Source: a virus (lineage: Duplodnaviria; Caudoviricetes). From it: DNA of 64,000 nucleotides. How positions within the stretch are numbered: the stretch's first letter is position 1; each line of letters opens with the position of its first letter. Of the stretch, positions 17,406-25,415 are shown one piece after another. The notes below the pieces were generated by a model. That model saw only the letters and a program-made list of their open reading frames with translations. It had not been told where the DNA came from and ran no database searches. The stretch spans positions 224,001 through 288,000 of the IMG/VR virus record IMGVR_UViG_3300027804_002812, one strand, 5' to 3'. The position numbers were made by a program, and so were the translations under genes.

Positions 17406-17418
17406 CGAACGTAGTGAG
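17406..17418 (+). repeat. Isolated mini-hairpin core of the repeat element
   Basis: CGA-AC-GTA-GT-GAG. Confidence 0.6.
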
Positions 17419-17858
17419 TGTTTTAATCCCCCTTCAACGAATCACCATGGTTATATAGACCATATGAGATGACCATTACATTCCCCTTCAAGGGACATAT
17501 CGTGGATGGTGGTAAGAAGTGGGAGTAAGTATATGACATGGTATTATGAACCGAAGGTATTATCTTATATGTCATCTCACTATAGAACTGTATGTGAAAT
17601 AATATATGTTAATTCGGAAATTCCCCGAATGGGGATGGTTTATTTAACATCTCACCTTCACACTATACACCATCTCGTTTGATGTCCCCTCATTTAGCGG
17701 GGATTAGTTTGGCGGGGATTATACAACAAGAGAGAGAATAAGGGACAATCCACGGAACAAAGTGTAGTGGATAATGTCTGTCCCGAAATGAACGAACTTG
17801 GTGGATAATCATCACAATTATTTAATATGGTGTGAGTTTCTTTATTCTATTTATTGCT

Positions 17859-18557
17859 ATGATAAAAGACTTACTAACAATCGTTATACCCTGTAAGAAT
17901 GAAATGGAGTTAATTGATTTGACTCTGAGTTTAATTAACAAACAAGAGGGCATATCAGGTACAAGAGTTATTATTGCTGATTCCTCTGATGATTCGACAA
18001 GGGACATTATATTATCAGGAGGACATGATAATTTGAACATTACTATTATTGATGGTGGTTATCCGAGCGTAGCAAGAAACAAGGGTTCTGAGTTATGTAC
18101 AACCCCCTATATATTATTCTTGGATGCTGATATATTCTTGATTGATAATACCACCATTAAGAAGTGTATGGATATTATACAGAAACAGTCATTGGAGTTA
18201 TTAACCTGTAAGTTTAGATGTGAAGGCAGGTATTCATTTGTCTTCCCCATCTTTGAATTCTTTAGAGATTTATCTGTTAGATATTCCCCATGTGCGATTG
18301 GTGGTTTTATGTTGTTTGAATATGATACCTTTATTAGAGTTGGAGGATTTGATGATGAAGATAAGTTTGCTGAGGATTTTCATCTTAGTAGTAAAATCTC
18401 CCCTAAGTTATTTAAGGTGGTGAATAAGAAGATATATACTACGGATAGAAGATTTAAGAAGAAAGGATTATTTTATATGGTTAAAGTTGCCATTCTATCC
18501 ATAATGAATAAGAACAACCCCGCGTTTTTTAAGTATGACCACAACTACTGGCTATAA
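17859..18557 (+). CDS. Glycosyltransferase family 2
   Basis: TIVIPCKNE, IIADSSDD, ARNKG, LFLDAD, GGFD...AED; start revised to 17859 (TATTTAT at 17848). Confidence 0.9.
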   Translation: MIKDLLTIVIPCKNEMELIDLTLSLINKQEGISGTRVIIADSSDDSTRDIILSGGHDNLNITIIDGGYPSVARNKGSELCTTPYILFLDADIFLIDNTTIKKCMDIIQKQSLELLTCKFRCEGRYSFVFPIFEFFRDLSVRYSPCAIGGFMLFEYDTFIRVGGFDDEDKFAEDFHLSSKISPKLFKVVNKKIYTTDRRFKKKGLFYMVKVAILSIMNKNNPAFFKYDHNYWL

Positions 18558-19260
18558 GGTCGTGATAATGTCCGACCTCCACTTGGGAATGAAAGACTCT
18601 TCCCCTAAAAAGATATTGGAATTCTTGGATTCCATTCATACCGACCTGCTAATCCTTAATGGAGATATCATCGATATGGACGCCCTTAAACGTGGAAGCA
18701 AATGGAAAAATAAACATACAAAAGTTATTATGAAACTTCTTGATATGTCCCGTGATACTGATATCATATATCTTCGTGGAAACCATGACTCAGACTTGGA
18801 AGATGTTTATGGATATAAATTTGGAAACATAAAGTTTATGGATGAATACATCTATAATCATGAAGATAAAAAGATGTTGATATTTCATGGTGATAAAATT
18901 GATGTCACCGTCAAATATAAATTTCTTAGTCAGATCGGATCCATCGGTTATGACGTTGCCCTTCGACTGAACACTTTATATAATGAATATCGAATGAGAA
19001 CTGGCAAACCATATTACTCCATATCCAAATGGATTAAAAAAAATGTGAAGAATGCAATCTCCTTCGTTAACGACTTTGAAATAAATGCTTGTGAATACGC
19101 CAAATCCAAGAAATGTGATTCCGTCATATGTGGACATATTCATATCCCCGTGATTAAAAAAATTGATGAAATCGATTACTACAACTCAGGTGATTGGGTT
19201 GAAAACTTCTCCTGTCTTGTGTTGACTTCAGAAAATGAATGGAAATTAATTGAAAGGTAA
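18535..19260 (+). CDS. Calcineurin-like metallophosphoesterase, UDP-2,3-diacylglucosamine hydrolase (LpxH)-like
   Basis: SDLHLG, LNGDIID, GNHD, FHGD, CGHIH, YNSGDW. Confidence 0.85.
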   Translation: MTTTTGYKVVIMSDLHLGMKDSSPKKILEFLDSIHTDLLILNGDIIDMDALKRGSKWKNKHTKVIMKLLDMSRDTDIIYLRGNHDSDLEDVYGYKFGNIKFMDEYIYNHEDKKMLIFHGDKIDVTVKYKFLSQIGSIGYDVALRLNTLYNEYRMRTGKPYYSISKWIKKNVKNAISFVNDFEINACEYAKSKKCDSVICGHIHIPVIKKIDEIDYYNSGDWVENFSCLVLTSENEWKLIER

Positions 19261-19639
19261 TCCGAAAAGTATTACCTTTGGGACTATGAAGAATACCCTG
19301 AAACTTAAGAGATTAATGATGTCGTACTTAAACACCACGTACCCTGAGATTTACCTATTGAAGTTGGATTTCTTGGGGGATATCGTACAGACCTTTGATG
19401 AAAGTAAACAAAAGGGATGGTTCGACGAAAATGGAGTGAATAGTAGTCCTGATAGTTGGTGGGTCATGAGAAAGAAAATCATCTCGAGATTGGAGTTGAT
19501 GTTCTCTGTGGATTATGTCACCGCTGACAGCGTATTGAATGATTGGGTGAACTGTAGACCTAAATATGAGTATGTCAGAAACTCTATGAACGAGCAAGTC
19601 CTTGTCCGTGTGATGGAGGAATGTCATACGACATTATAA
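19250..19639 (+). CDS. Hypothetical protein (distant family A-like)
   Basis: 129-aa ORF; LELMFSVDY....VLNDW pattern. Confidence 0.65.
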   Translation: MKGNPKSITFGTMKNTLKLKRLMMSYLNTTYPEIYLLKLDFLGDIVQTFDESKQKGWFDENGVNSSPDSWWVMRKKIISRLELMFSVDYVTADSVLNDWVNCRPKYEYVRNSMNEQVLVRVMEECHTTL

Positions 19640-19702
19640 CTGTCATTTGCCGGGATTGATTATCCCCCAACCCCCTTTTTTATTTTAATGATATTTATTA
19701 CT

Positions 19703-20014
19703 ATGAAGTATATTATATCTGAGCACAGATTCGAAAGATTTATAATAAAGTACTTAAACACTTTGGACTTTATTGATGATAACCATAGTGAAGATGGCTT
19801 TGATGTGATGTATAACGGTAGTGAAGCGATGGCTTACCGAAGTCGTCATAAAAAATTATACATTAGCACTGACTTAATTAAAGATATGAAATCCCTTTTT
19901 AATTTGAGTCAAAAAGAAGTCATGGACTATATAAGAACGTGGTTTCGTAATGAATATGATGTGGAAGTAAATACCTTATGGTTTTTATTTCCTGATGAAC
20001 CATTTACCTATTAA
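19703..20014 (+). CDS. Leader-tagged family A-like protein
   Basis: MKYIISEHRFE at 19703, TATTTAT upstream. Confidence 0.8.
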   Translation: MKYIISEHRFERFIIKYLNTLDFIDDNHSEDGFDVMYNGSEAMAYRSRHKKLYISTDLIKDMKSLFNLSQKEVMDYIRTWFRNEYDVEVNTLWFLFPDEPFTY

Positions 20015-20023
20015 ATCTGTCAT

Positions 20024-20329
20024 ATGCCGGGATTGAATTTACCCCCTACCCCCTTTGATGTTGAAAAAACTTTACGTAGAGTTGTTGACAAAATCATCTT
20101 ACCCAAGTTCCCCGAGGTTAAGACTTATGTTATCACACCAACTGAAGTTGATTGGCCAGGAAAGGTAACTGAATATTATCATCTATATTACGGTATTACC
20201 GCAGATATCTCGATTGAACGTGCCAGAGAATTATATGAGGACTCTTATAGATTGTTTAACATGTTGGGTTTCGATAACGCCAAACTAAATGTATCCACGA
20301 AACGGGTGATGGATGGAATGTCTATCTGA
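20024..20329 (+). CDS. Hypothetical protein
   Basis: 101-aa ORF in co-directional cluster. Confidence 0.7.
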   Translation: MPGLNLPPTPFDVEKTLRRVVDKIILPKFPEVKTYVITPTEVDWPGKVTEYYHLYYGITADISIERARELYEDSYRLFNMLGFDNAKLNVSTKRVMDGMSI

Positions 20330-20350
20330 TTAATTAACCTATATTAGAAT

Positions 20351-20635
20351 ATGAAATACATTATCTCCGAGAGTCGACTTGATAACATCATGAAAAAGTA
20401 TTTGGACTCTTTCTTATTGGGTAAGAATGTAGTCGATAATAAAAGGGTTATTGCAGTGTATAGTGATGAGGAGGATTATTTACAATATTTCCCGAGAAAA
20501 AAAGAACTATTTATATTGGATGAATTCTTGGATGAGTTCGAGGCTATGTTTGGTCTTACTCGAAAAGAATCAATTAGATTCATTATGGATTGGTTCGAAA
20601 ATGAATTTCATGTGAAAGTTCAGATGGCTGGATAA
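20351..20635 (+). CDS. Leader-tagged family A-like protein
   Basis: MKYIISESRLD leader; MFGL....S...I.DWFENEF. Confidence 0.8.
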   Translation: MKYIISESRLDNIMKKYLDSFLLGKNVVDNKRVIAVYSDEEDYLQYFPRKKELFILDEFLDEFEAMFGLTRKESIRFIMDWFENEFHVKVQMAG

Positions 20636-20642
20636 TTGGTTT

Positions 20643-20984
20643 CTACCCAACATATTTTTTGGCGCCACGTGTATATAAAGACACAAACTTCTCCAACAAT
20701 TCCTTATCACTATTGATTAAATTACGAAGTCCGTCTTCTAATTCTTCCATTTGTCGAACGTGGATATCAGCATAATCCGTAGGTATTACACTTATAATCC
20801 CCGAGTATATTGCTCTATCTAAGTATGTTTGAAAGTCAGGCATAAATGATGGCATGTACCAATCTGCCGCTAGAATAACTGCGTTGATAAGTTCGGGCAT
20901 TCTTCTCTTGAGATATGGATCTACGGAGCCTTCATTAATCCCCATCACTTCTTTAATTCTATCTATATCTTCTTGTAAGTTCAT
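20643..20984 (-). CDS. Leader-tagged paralog family B protein
   Basis: MNLQEDIDRIKEVMGINE; YLKRR...F..YLDRAI domain. Confidence 0.8.
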   Translation of the reverse strand: MNLQEDIDRIKEVMGINEGSVDPYLKRRMPELINAVILAADWYMPSFMPDFQTYLDRAIYSGIISVIPTDYADIHVRQMEELEDGLRNLINSDKELLEKFVSLYTRGAKKYVG

Positions 20985-21325
20985 ATTAAATCGAGTTTGC
21001 TTATGTAAATTTGTTGAAGTTTTTGGAATAGTTCTCTGTCTCTATTGATTATTCTCCATAAAATAATTTCGAGTTCCTTTAATTCATCGTGAGTCAAATC
21101 ATAAGTTGCTATTACGTCTCTAATTGAACCAAATATTGCCCTGTCTACAAAATTCAGAAAATCGTGATCAGAATATTCTCTGTCACTCCTAACATATATT
21201 GCGTCAGCAATATCAACAATTGCCTCCACAAACGCAGGAATTCTTCTTCTTAAATATGGATTAAGAAAACCTTCAGTGATCCCCATCACCTCTTTGATCC
21301 TATCTATATCTTCTAATAAATTCAT
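20981..21325 (-). CDS. Leader-tagged paralog family B protein
   Basis: Start revised to MNLLEDIDRIKEVM at 21325. Confidence 0.8.
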   Translation of the reverse strand: MNLLEDIDRIKEVMGITEGFLNPYLRRRIPAFVEAIVDIADAIYVRSDREYSDHDFLNFVDRAIFGSIRDVIATYDLTHDELKELEIILWRIINRDRELFQKLQQIYISKLDLI

Positions 21326-21329
21326 TTGG

Positions 21330-22292
21330 CTATATGTTGGAGATATAGTGATCGTAAATCTCATCGTATATTGAATGTTTCTTTATTAACTCCAATATCA
21401 TCGGCTCTAACTCCTCACGAATCTTTAACTGTTCCTCGTATTCCCCTCCTATTTCATCGTGAACAAAATCTCTTGTTGCTGAGAATACAACCCTCTTTAG
21501 AAAATCATTAAAGTTATCGTATGCTCTTGGCGATAACCAATCATATGAAGCCTCAACATAATCAATTAAAGCATCCATTCTTCTTTTGACACGATTAATT
21601 TCTTTGGATTCATTCAATCCGTTCACTTTTTCAAAGGAAGTTTCATTAGGGTCACCCCAACCACCTTCTGAGAAAAAGTAATTATGAATCTCGTCATACA
21701 TTTCTTTATTGGTATTTATGTAGTTCAACATTTTTGGTTCGAAGTCATCCATCATCTTTGACATATCATCAAAATCTTCGGAATCAAAAAAATCCATGGC
21801 AATATGCCTAGTTGTGTCATGTACAACTCTCCTTAAAAAATGGTCAAAGTTGTCGAATCTACTAGCAGCTAAATCACTATATTGAGAACGTATGTCATTA
21901 TTTAACCTACCTAATCTTCTTTTGATAGGAAGTGCGTAATCGGATTCATCGATTCTTGAAGTAACCCTATAATTTATGTAATTACGTTTGATTCTTTTGA
22001 ATAACCTCTCATCATTACGTAATATTCTAAGAGCAATTGGAAGTAACTCATCTATTTCTTCACTGGTCACAAGAATATCATTATGACCGAAGAAACTGTC
22101 TATTGCATGCATCAAAATCTCCTCGACATATTCTTCAAAACTATCACTATCAGTTTCCTCTACATCAATCCACTCGAAAGAATTAATAATATCATCTATA
22201 AATTCCTCCTGTCTTCGTATAAAAAAAGTGTTGCGGTTTTCGTTAATACCCATCACTTCTTTAATCCGATTTATGTCTTCCTGTAGATTCAT
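21330..22292 (-). CDS. Leader-tagged family B protein with three tandem domain copies
   Basis: MNLQEDINRIKEVM; three RR...F(D)(S/N)F..FL.RVV...(T)R repeats. Confidence 0.8.
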   Translation of the reverse strand: MNLQEDINRIKEVMGINENRNTFFIRRQEEFIDDIINSFEWIDVEETDSDSFEEYVEEILMHAIDSFFGHNDILVTSEEIDELLPIALRILRNDERLFKRIKRNYINYRVTSRIDESDYALPIKRRLGRLNNDIRSQYSDLAASRFDNFDHFLRRVVHDTTRHIAMDFFDSEDFDDMSKMMDDFEPKMLNYINTNKEMYDEIHNYFFSEGGWGDPNETSFEKVNGLNESKEINRVKRRMDALIDYVEASYDWLSPRAYDNFNDFLKRVVFSATRDFVHDEIGGEYEEQLKIREELEPMILELIKKHSIYDEIYDHYISNI

Positions 22293-22318
22293 GTTAATAA
22301 ATATCTGTGTAATGAAAA

Positions 22319-22341
22319 ACCCCCACCTTTTGGGTGAGGGT
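22319..22341 (-). terminator. CCCCACC-family terminator
   Basis: ACCC-CCACC...GGTG-A-GGGT. Confidence 0.6.
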
Positions 22342-22346
22342 CTTAA

Positions 22347-22685
22347 TTAAAATACTCTTAGAAAATGTCCCAAGAGACCCGTTACTCCAATCATGATTGG
22401 AATGTAGGTTTTTGCTCCACCCATAAGTGATAGATGTATTACTGTTGCAGCACTCATGAATGATGCGATTAGAATTGCTCCGAACAATGATGTTGCAGGA
22501 ATCAATAGTAATACAACTCCTAATAGTTCACCTAATCCTGTAACAACTCTATACTTATCTAACTTCATGTACGCGAAATTACCCACCATTTCTTTAGTTC
22601 CGATTAGTTTTTCGATAGCGCCTTTTCCCAAAAATAGTGCTGTTACCACGGATAGTGCCCATCCGATAATTGATAAAATTTCCAT
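22347..22685 (-). CDS. DoxX-like membrane protein
   Basis: Four hydrophobic segments; GLGELLGVVLLLIP...GAIL....M.AA..IH. Confidence 0.8.
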   Translation of the reverse strand: MEILSIIGWALSVVTALFLGKGAIEKLIGTKEMVGNFAYMKLDKYRVVTGLGELLGVVLLLIPATSLFGAILIASFMSAATVIHLSLMGGAKTYIPIMIGVTGLLGHFLRVF

Positions 22686-22690
22686 AGTTT

Positions 22691-22939
22691 TTATTTTTTA
22701 TATAATTGTGTTAATCTTTCTAATTCTTGTTCATCCAATTCTTGTTCATCGTCTAAAAAAAATTCGATGTCATCAGTGTAAACCTTTTCATCGTCGTGGT
22801 GGTAAATGTCATCGCATCCACCATCAGCACATGAATCGATAAGATCACGTGCCTCGTCTTCATCTTCTGCTAATACACTATACGTCCAAGCGGTAACAAG
22901 TGTTCTTTCACCAATAAATGTAAATTTTTTCTTTGCCAT
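22691..22939 (-). CDS. Hypothetical acidic protein
   Basis: 82-aa ORF; resembles C-terminus of 9240..9827. Confidence 0.7.
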   Translation of the reverse strand: MAKKKFTFIGERTLVTAWTYSVLAEDEDEARDLIDSCADGGCDDIYHHDDEKVYTDDIEFFLDDEQELDEQELERLTQLYKK

Positions 22940-22995
22940 AAATTTTTTATTTAACTTTAATAATTTATTTTGGGATTGTCAAATAGAGACAATAC

Positions 22996-23121
22996 CTATT
23001 TTCCCCTTAAGAAAAATAATACTATTGCTCCTATAATTAGGTATGTCATAAAGTTTGGAATATTGGTCATACCCCAAACAATGATGAATCCTACAATCAA
23101 AACATTAATAAGTCGTAACAT
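22996..23121 (-). CDS. Small two-TM membrane protein
   Basis: Hand-translated 41 aa: MLRLINVLIVGFIIVWGMTNIPNFMTYLIIGAIVLFFLRGK; TATATTTG at 23146-23153. Confidence 0.55.
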   Translation of the reverse strand: MLRLINVLIVGFIIVWGMTNIPNFMTYLIIGAIVLFFLRGK

Positions 23122-23185
23122 GAGTTATTTTTTTTAGGTGTGTACCAAATATAAAAAAAATATTTGAATAAAAAAACTTTTGTCC

Positions 23186-23869
23186 TTATATCAAATTAGA
23201 AGGTATAGTAAATTTCTTGTAAAGAATCTCCGCAAATCTTTTATGCCCCGCAAATGAAAAATGATAATCGAAAATACCACTATCTTGCCAAATAGTCTGC
23301 ATACTTAAAACAATAGGATCCTGTATTTGAAATGTAATGGTTTGACATTTCTTTTTATTTAACTCTTTGATAATAAAATTGAAACGCTTTTCCCACCTGT
23401 CTTTCCACAATGGACTTTCTGAAAAAAAATATTGATAGTCAATTATTGTATTCCAAAGTTTTTCCTCACTAATATGGTTTTTCAAAAAATTTCTTAAATT
23501 TTTCTCTCCTCTGTCTTCAAACATTGATATAATGCTAATCCATGATTGGTACATTGGTATATCCATTCTAGCCCAACTTGTCATACCAATTATGACCTTA
23601 TCATTTTCTTTTATTTGTTCGAAATTATCAAGGACCCAATCAAATATTTTGTCGTTGCTGGCCCCCGATTGAGATACATTTTTAATATCTTCGTTCAACC
23701 ATTCACCAAGCCATTCAATCCAAACCTTGTCTCCTTCTTTTTTGTGTTTGATATAATATTCATGTATTGGATAATCTGTGTGTCCGAATCCCCAACCTGG
23801 TCTACAGCCATGTCCCCATGTGAAACTATCTCCAAATCCCCATATCATGTTAAATAACTCCTTTGTCAA
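23186..23869 (-). CDS. SGNH/GDSL-like hydrolase
   Basis: GFGDSFTWG, NVSQSGASND, IIGMTSWAR, DYHFSFAGH. Confidence 0.75.
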   Translation of the reverse strand: MTKELFNMIWGFGDSFTWGHGCRPGWGFGHTDYPIHEYYIKHKKEGDKVWIEWLGEWLNEDIKNVSQSGASNDKIFDWVLDNFEQIKENDKVIIGMTSWARMDIPMYQSWISIISMFEDRGEKNLRNFLKNHISEEKLWNTIIDYQYFFSESPLWKDRWEKRFNFIIKELNKKKCQTITFQIQDPIVLSMQTIWQDSGIFDYHFSFAGHKRFAEILYKKFTIPSNLI

Positions 23870-24566
23870 CCATTTCCTCCATCACAGCAAGTTGTTCAGG
23901 ACTAGGAGGTTCTAACCATGAAATGGCTGTGTCAAAAACCCAATTCAATTCAGGTGTTAATAAATTTCTCTCTTTTAATATAGATTTTACGTATGACAAT
24001 CCTTGTTTCAATTTTTCAACTTGTTTTACTAAAACGTCAACACTCAAGGTTTTTGTCATTTTCAACAAGAGCAACCACCAAGAATAATTCCAACCTGTTT
24101 TGCCAAACAAAATTCGATATTTAATTATTCCTTTACTTATTGCCCACCTTTGAATTTCGTCTGGAGTTAATTTCAATACATTTTTAATCCCTTCCTTAAT
24201 TCCTGCGGATGCCACGTTTCCTCCAACTGGAACAAATCCCAGTGCTGCGGTCGCCAACCCTAAAAGAATAAACTCGGTCCTTTCGAGACCTGATGTCATG
24301 GCGGCTCTTGCAAAATAAGATATAGCATGAATTTCATCTATTGCAAATGACACTACATTACCCACACCTGGTACAACATCTATTGCCGCGGAAACGGTAT
24401 CAATCATAAAATCAGGGTTAATAGGGGTTTTTGAATCGATTGCTCCTTTGGATTGTCCGAAATTTTTAGGTGGTGCAGATTTTGGAGCAAGTGTTTTTCC
24501 TTTCAATTCAAGAGATGTTTGCTCCATAACCTCTTTGATTCTATGTATATCCTCTTGTAAGTTCAT
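23850..24566 (-). CDS. Leader-tagged protein with pre-toxin-TG-like hydrophobic hairpin
   Basis: MNLQEDIHRIKEVMEQ; DVVPGVGNVVSFAID...LGFVPVGG. Confidence 0.65.
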   Translation of the reverse strand: MNLQEDIHRIKEVMEQTSLELKGKTLAPKSAPPKNFGQSKGAIDSKTPINPDFMIDTVSAAIDVVPGVGNVVSFAIDEIHAISYFARAAMTSGLERTEFILLGLATAALGFVPVGGNVASAGIKEGIKNVLKLTPDEIQRWAISKGIIKYRILFGKTGWNYSWWLLLLKMTKTLSVDVLVKQVEKLKQGLSYVKSILKERNLLTPELNWVFDTAISWLEPPSPEQLAVMEEMVDKGVI

Positions 24567-24567
24567 C

Positions 24568-24993
24568 TTATTTCTTTTTCTTAACACAGTTCGGATATCT
24601 TTTACCAAACATGGTTTTCATTCCTTTTTGAGTATATCCTTTCCAACATCTTTCGGTAATTTCACCTTCAGATAGGTCTTCTGTGTCCTCACAATCACTA
24701 ACAAATCTTGATTGCAATAAAGGTGGAATTTCAAAATAATTATTAATGAGCAAATATATCTCATTCATGATATCTTGATGAAAATAGTGAGTAAGAATGT
24801 TGTCACCAGTTTTGAAAACAACTGAAACCCAATATCTTGGATATGTTTTCTCAATCCCATATCCCTTAACAACGATTTTACAAATGTCATCAGGATATTT
24901 GGATACAATAGTATTATCCAATAACCTTTGAATGTATTTGGTCAAATCTTTCTTTGTTTCTTCTTTTAATATTTTTCTGATAAGGTCTCTCAT
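24568..24993 (-). CDS. Leader-tagged protein with CWKGY...PNCVK tail
   Basis: MRDLIRKILKEE at 24993; C-terminal CWKGYTQKGMKTMFGKRYPNCVKK, a motif recurrent in large-phage virion-associated proteins. Confidence 0.7.
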   Translation of the reverse strand: MRDLIRKILKEETKKDLTKYIQRLLDNTIVSKYPDDICKIVVKGYGIEKTYPRYWVSVVFKTGDNILTHYFHQDIMNEIYLLINNYFEIPPLLQSRFVSDCEDTEDLSEGEITERCWKGYTQKGMKTMFGKRYPNCVKKKK

Positions 24994-25013
24994 TGTATAT
25001 AAATACAAAGAAA

Positions 25014-25415
25014 TTAAAATAACTTTGATAAAATTCTACGTGTGAATTCTTCAGTTTTTGTAAGCCCTCTAACTGTCCACAATTCCTTATCAATTAACCT
25101 TTCAAATTTTTTATATAAAGAATTTCTTAAAAACAAAAAATCCCAATGGTCAACAACAAACCTTTTAACATAAGTTTTATTTGGTAACCTGAAAGAAAAC
25201 GCTAATAATGAACTCTCATGTAATTTATTAAGGACTGTGAAAACTCTGAAGTTGAATGCAGAAGAATCTCCATAATATCCAATAGTGAATAAACTAACTT
25301 TGAAACTGACTCTATGTAGTTTCCATGAAACTTTTTCTAAAAACTTATTTATACCCATATTAAAAAAATAATAAAAAGTTGTACGATAATAAAGAAATTG
25401 GAATAGTTTTTCCAA
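25014..25415 (-). CDS. Hypothetical protein
   Basis: 133-aa ORF; true start may be further downstream. Confidence 0.6.
   Translation of the reverse strand: MEKLFQFLYYRTTFYYFFNMGINKFLEKVSWKLHRVSFKVSLFTIGYYGDSSAFNFRVFTVLNKLHESSLLAFSFRLPNKTYVKRFVVDHWDFLFLRNSLYKKFERLIDKELWTVRGLTKTEEFTRRILSKLF

Noticed and set aside
17060-17458. 132-aa plus-strand ORF from the track
   Set aside because: It runs through DnaA boxes and operator-like repeats, has atypical composition and no promoter motif; probably spurious.
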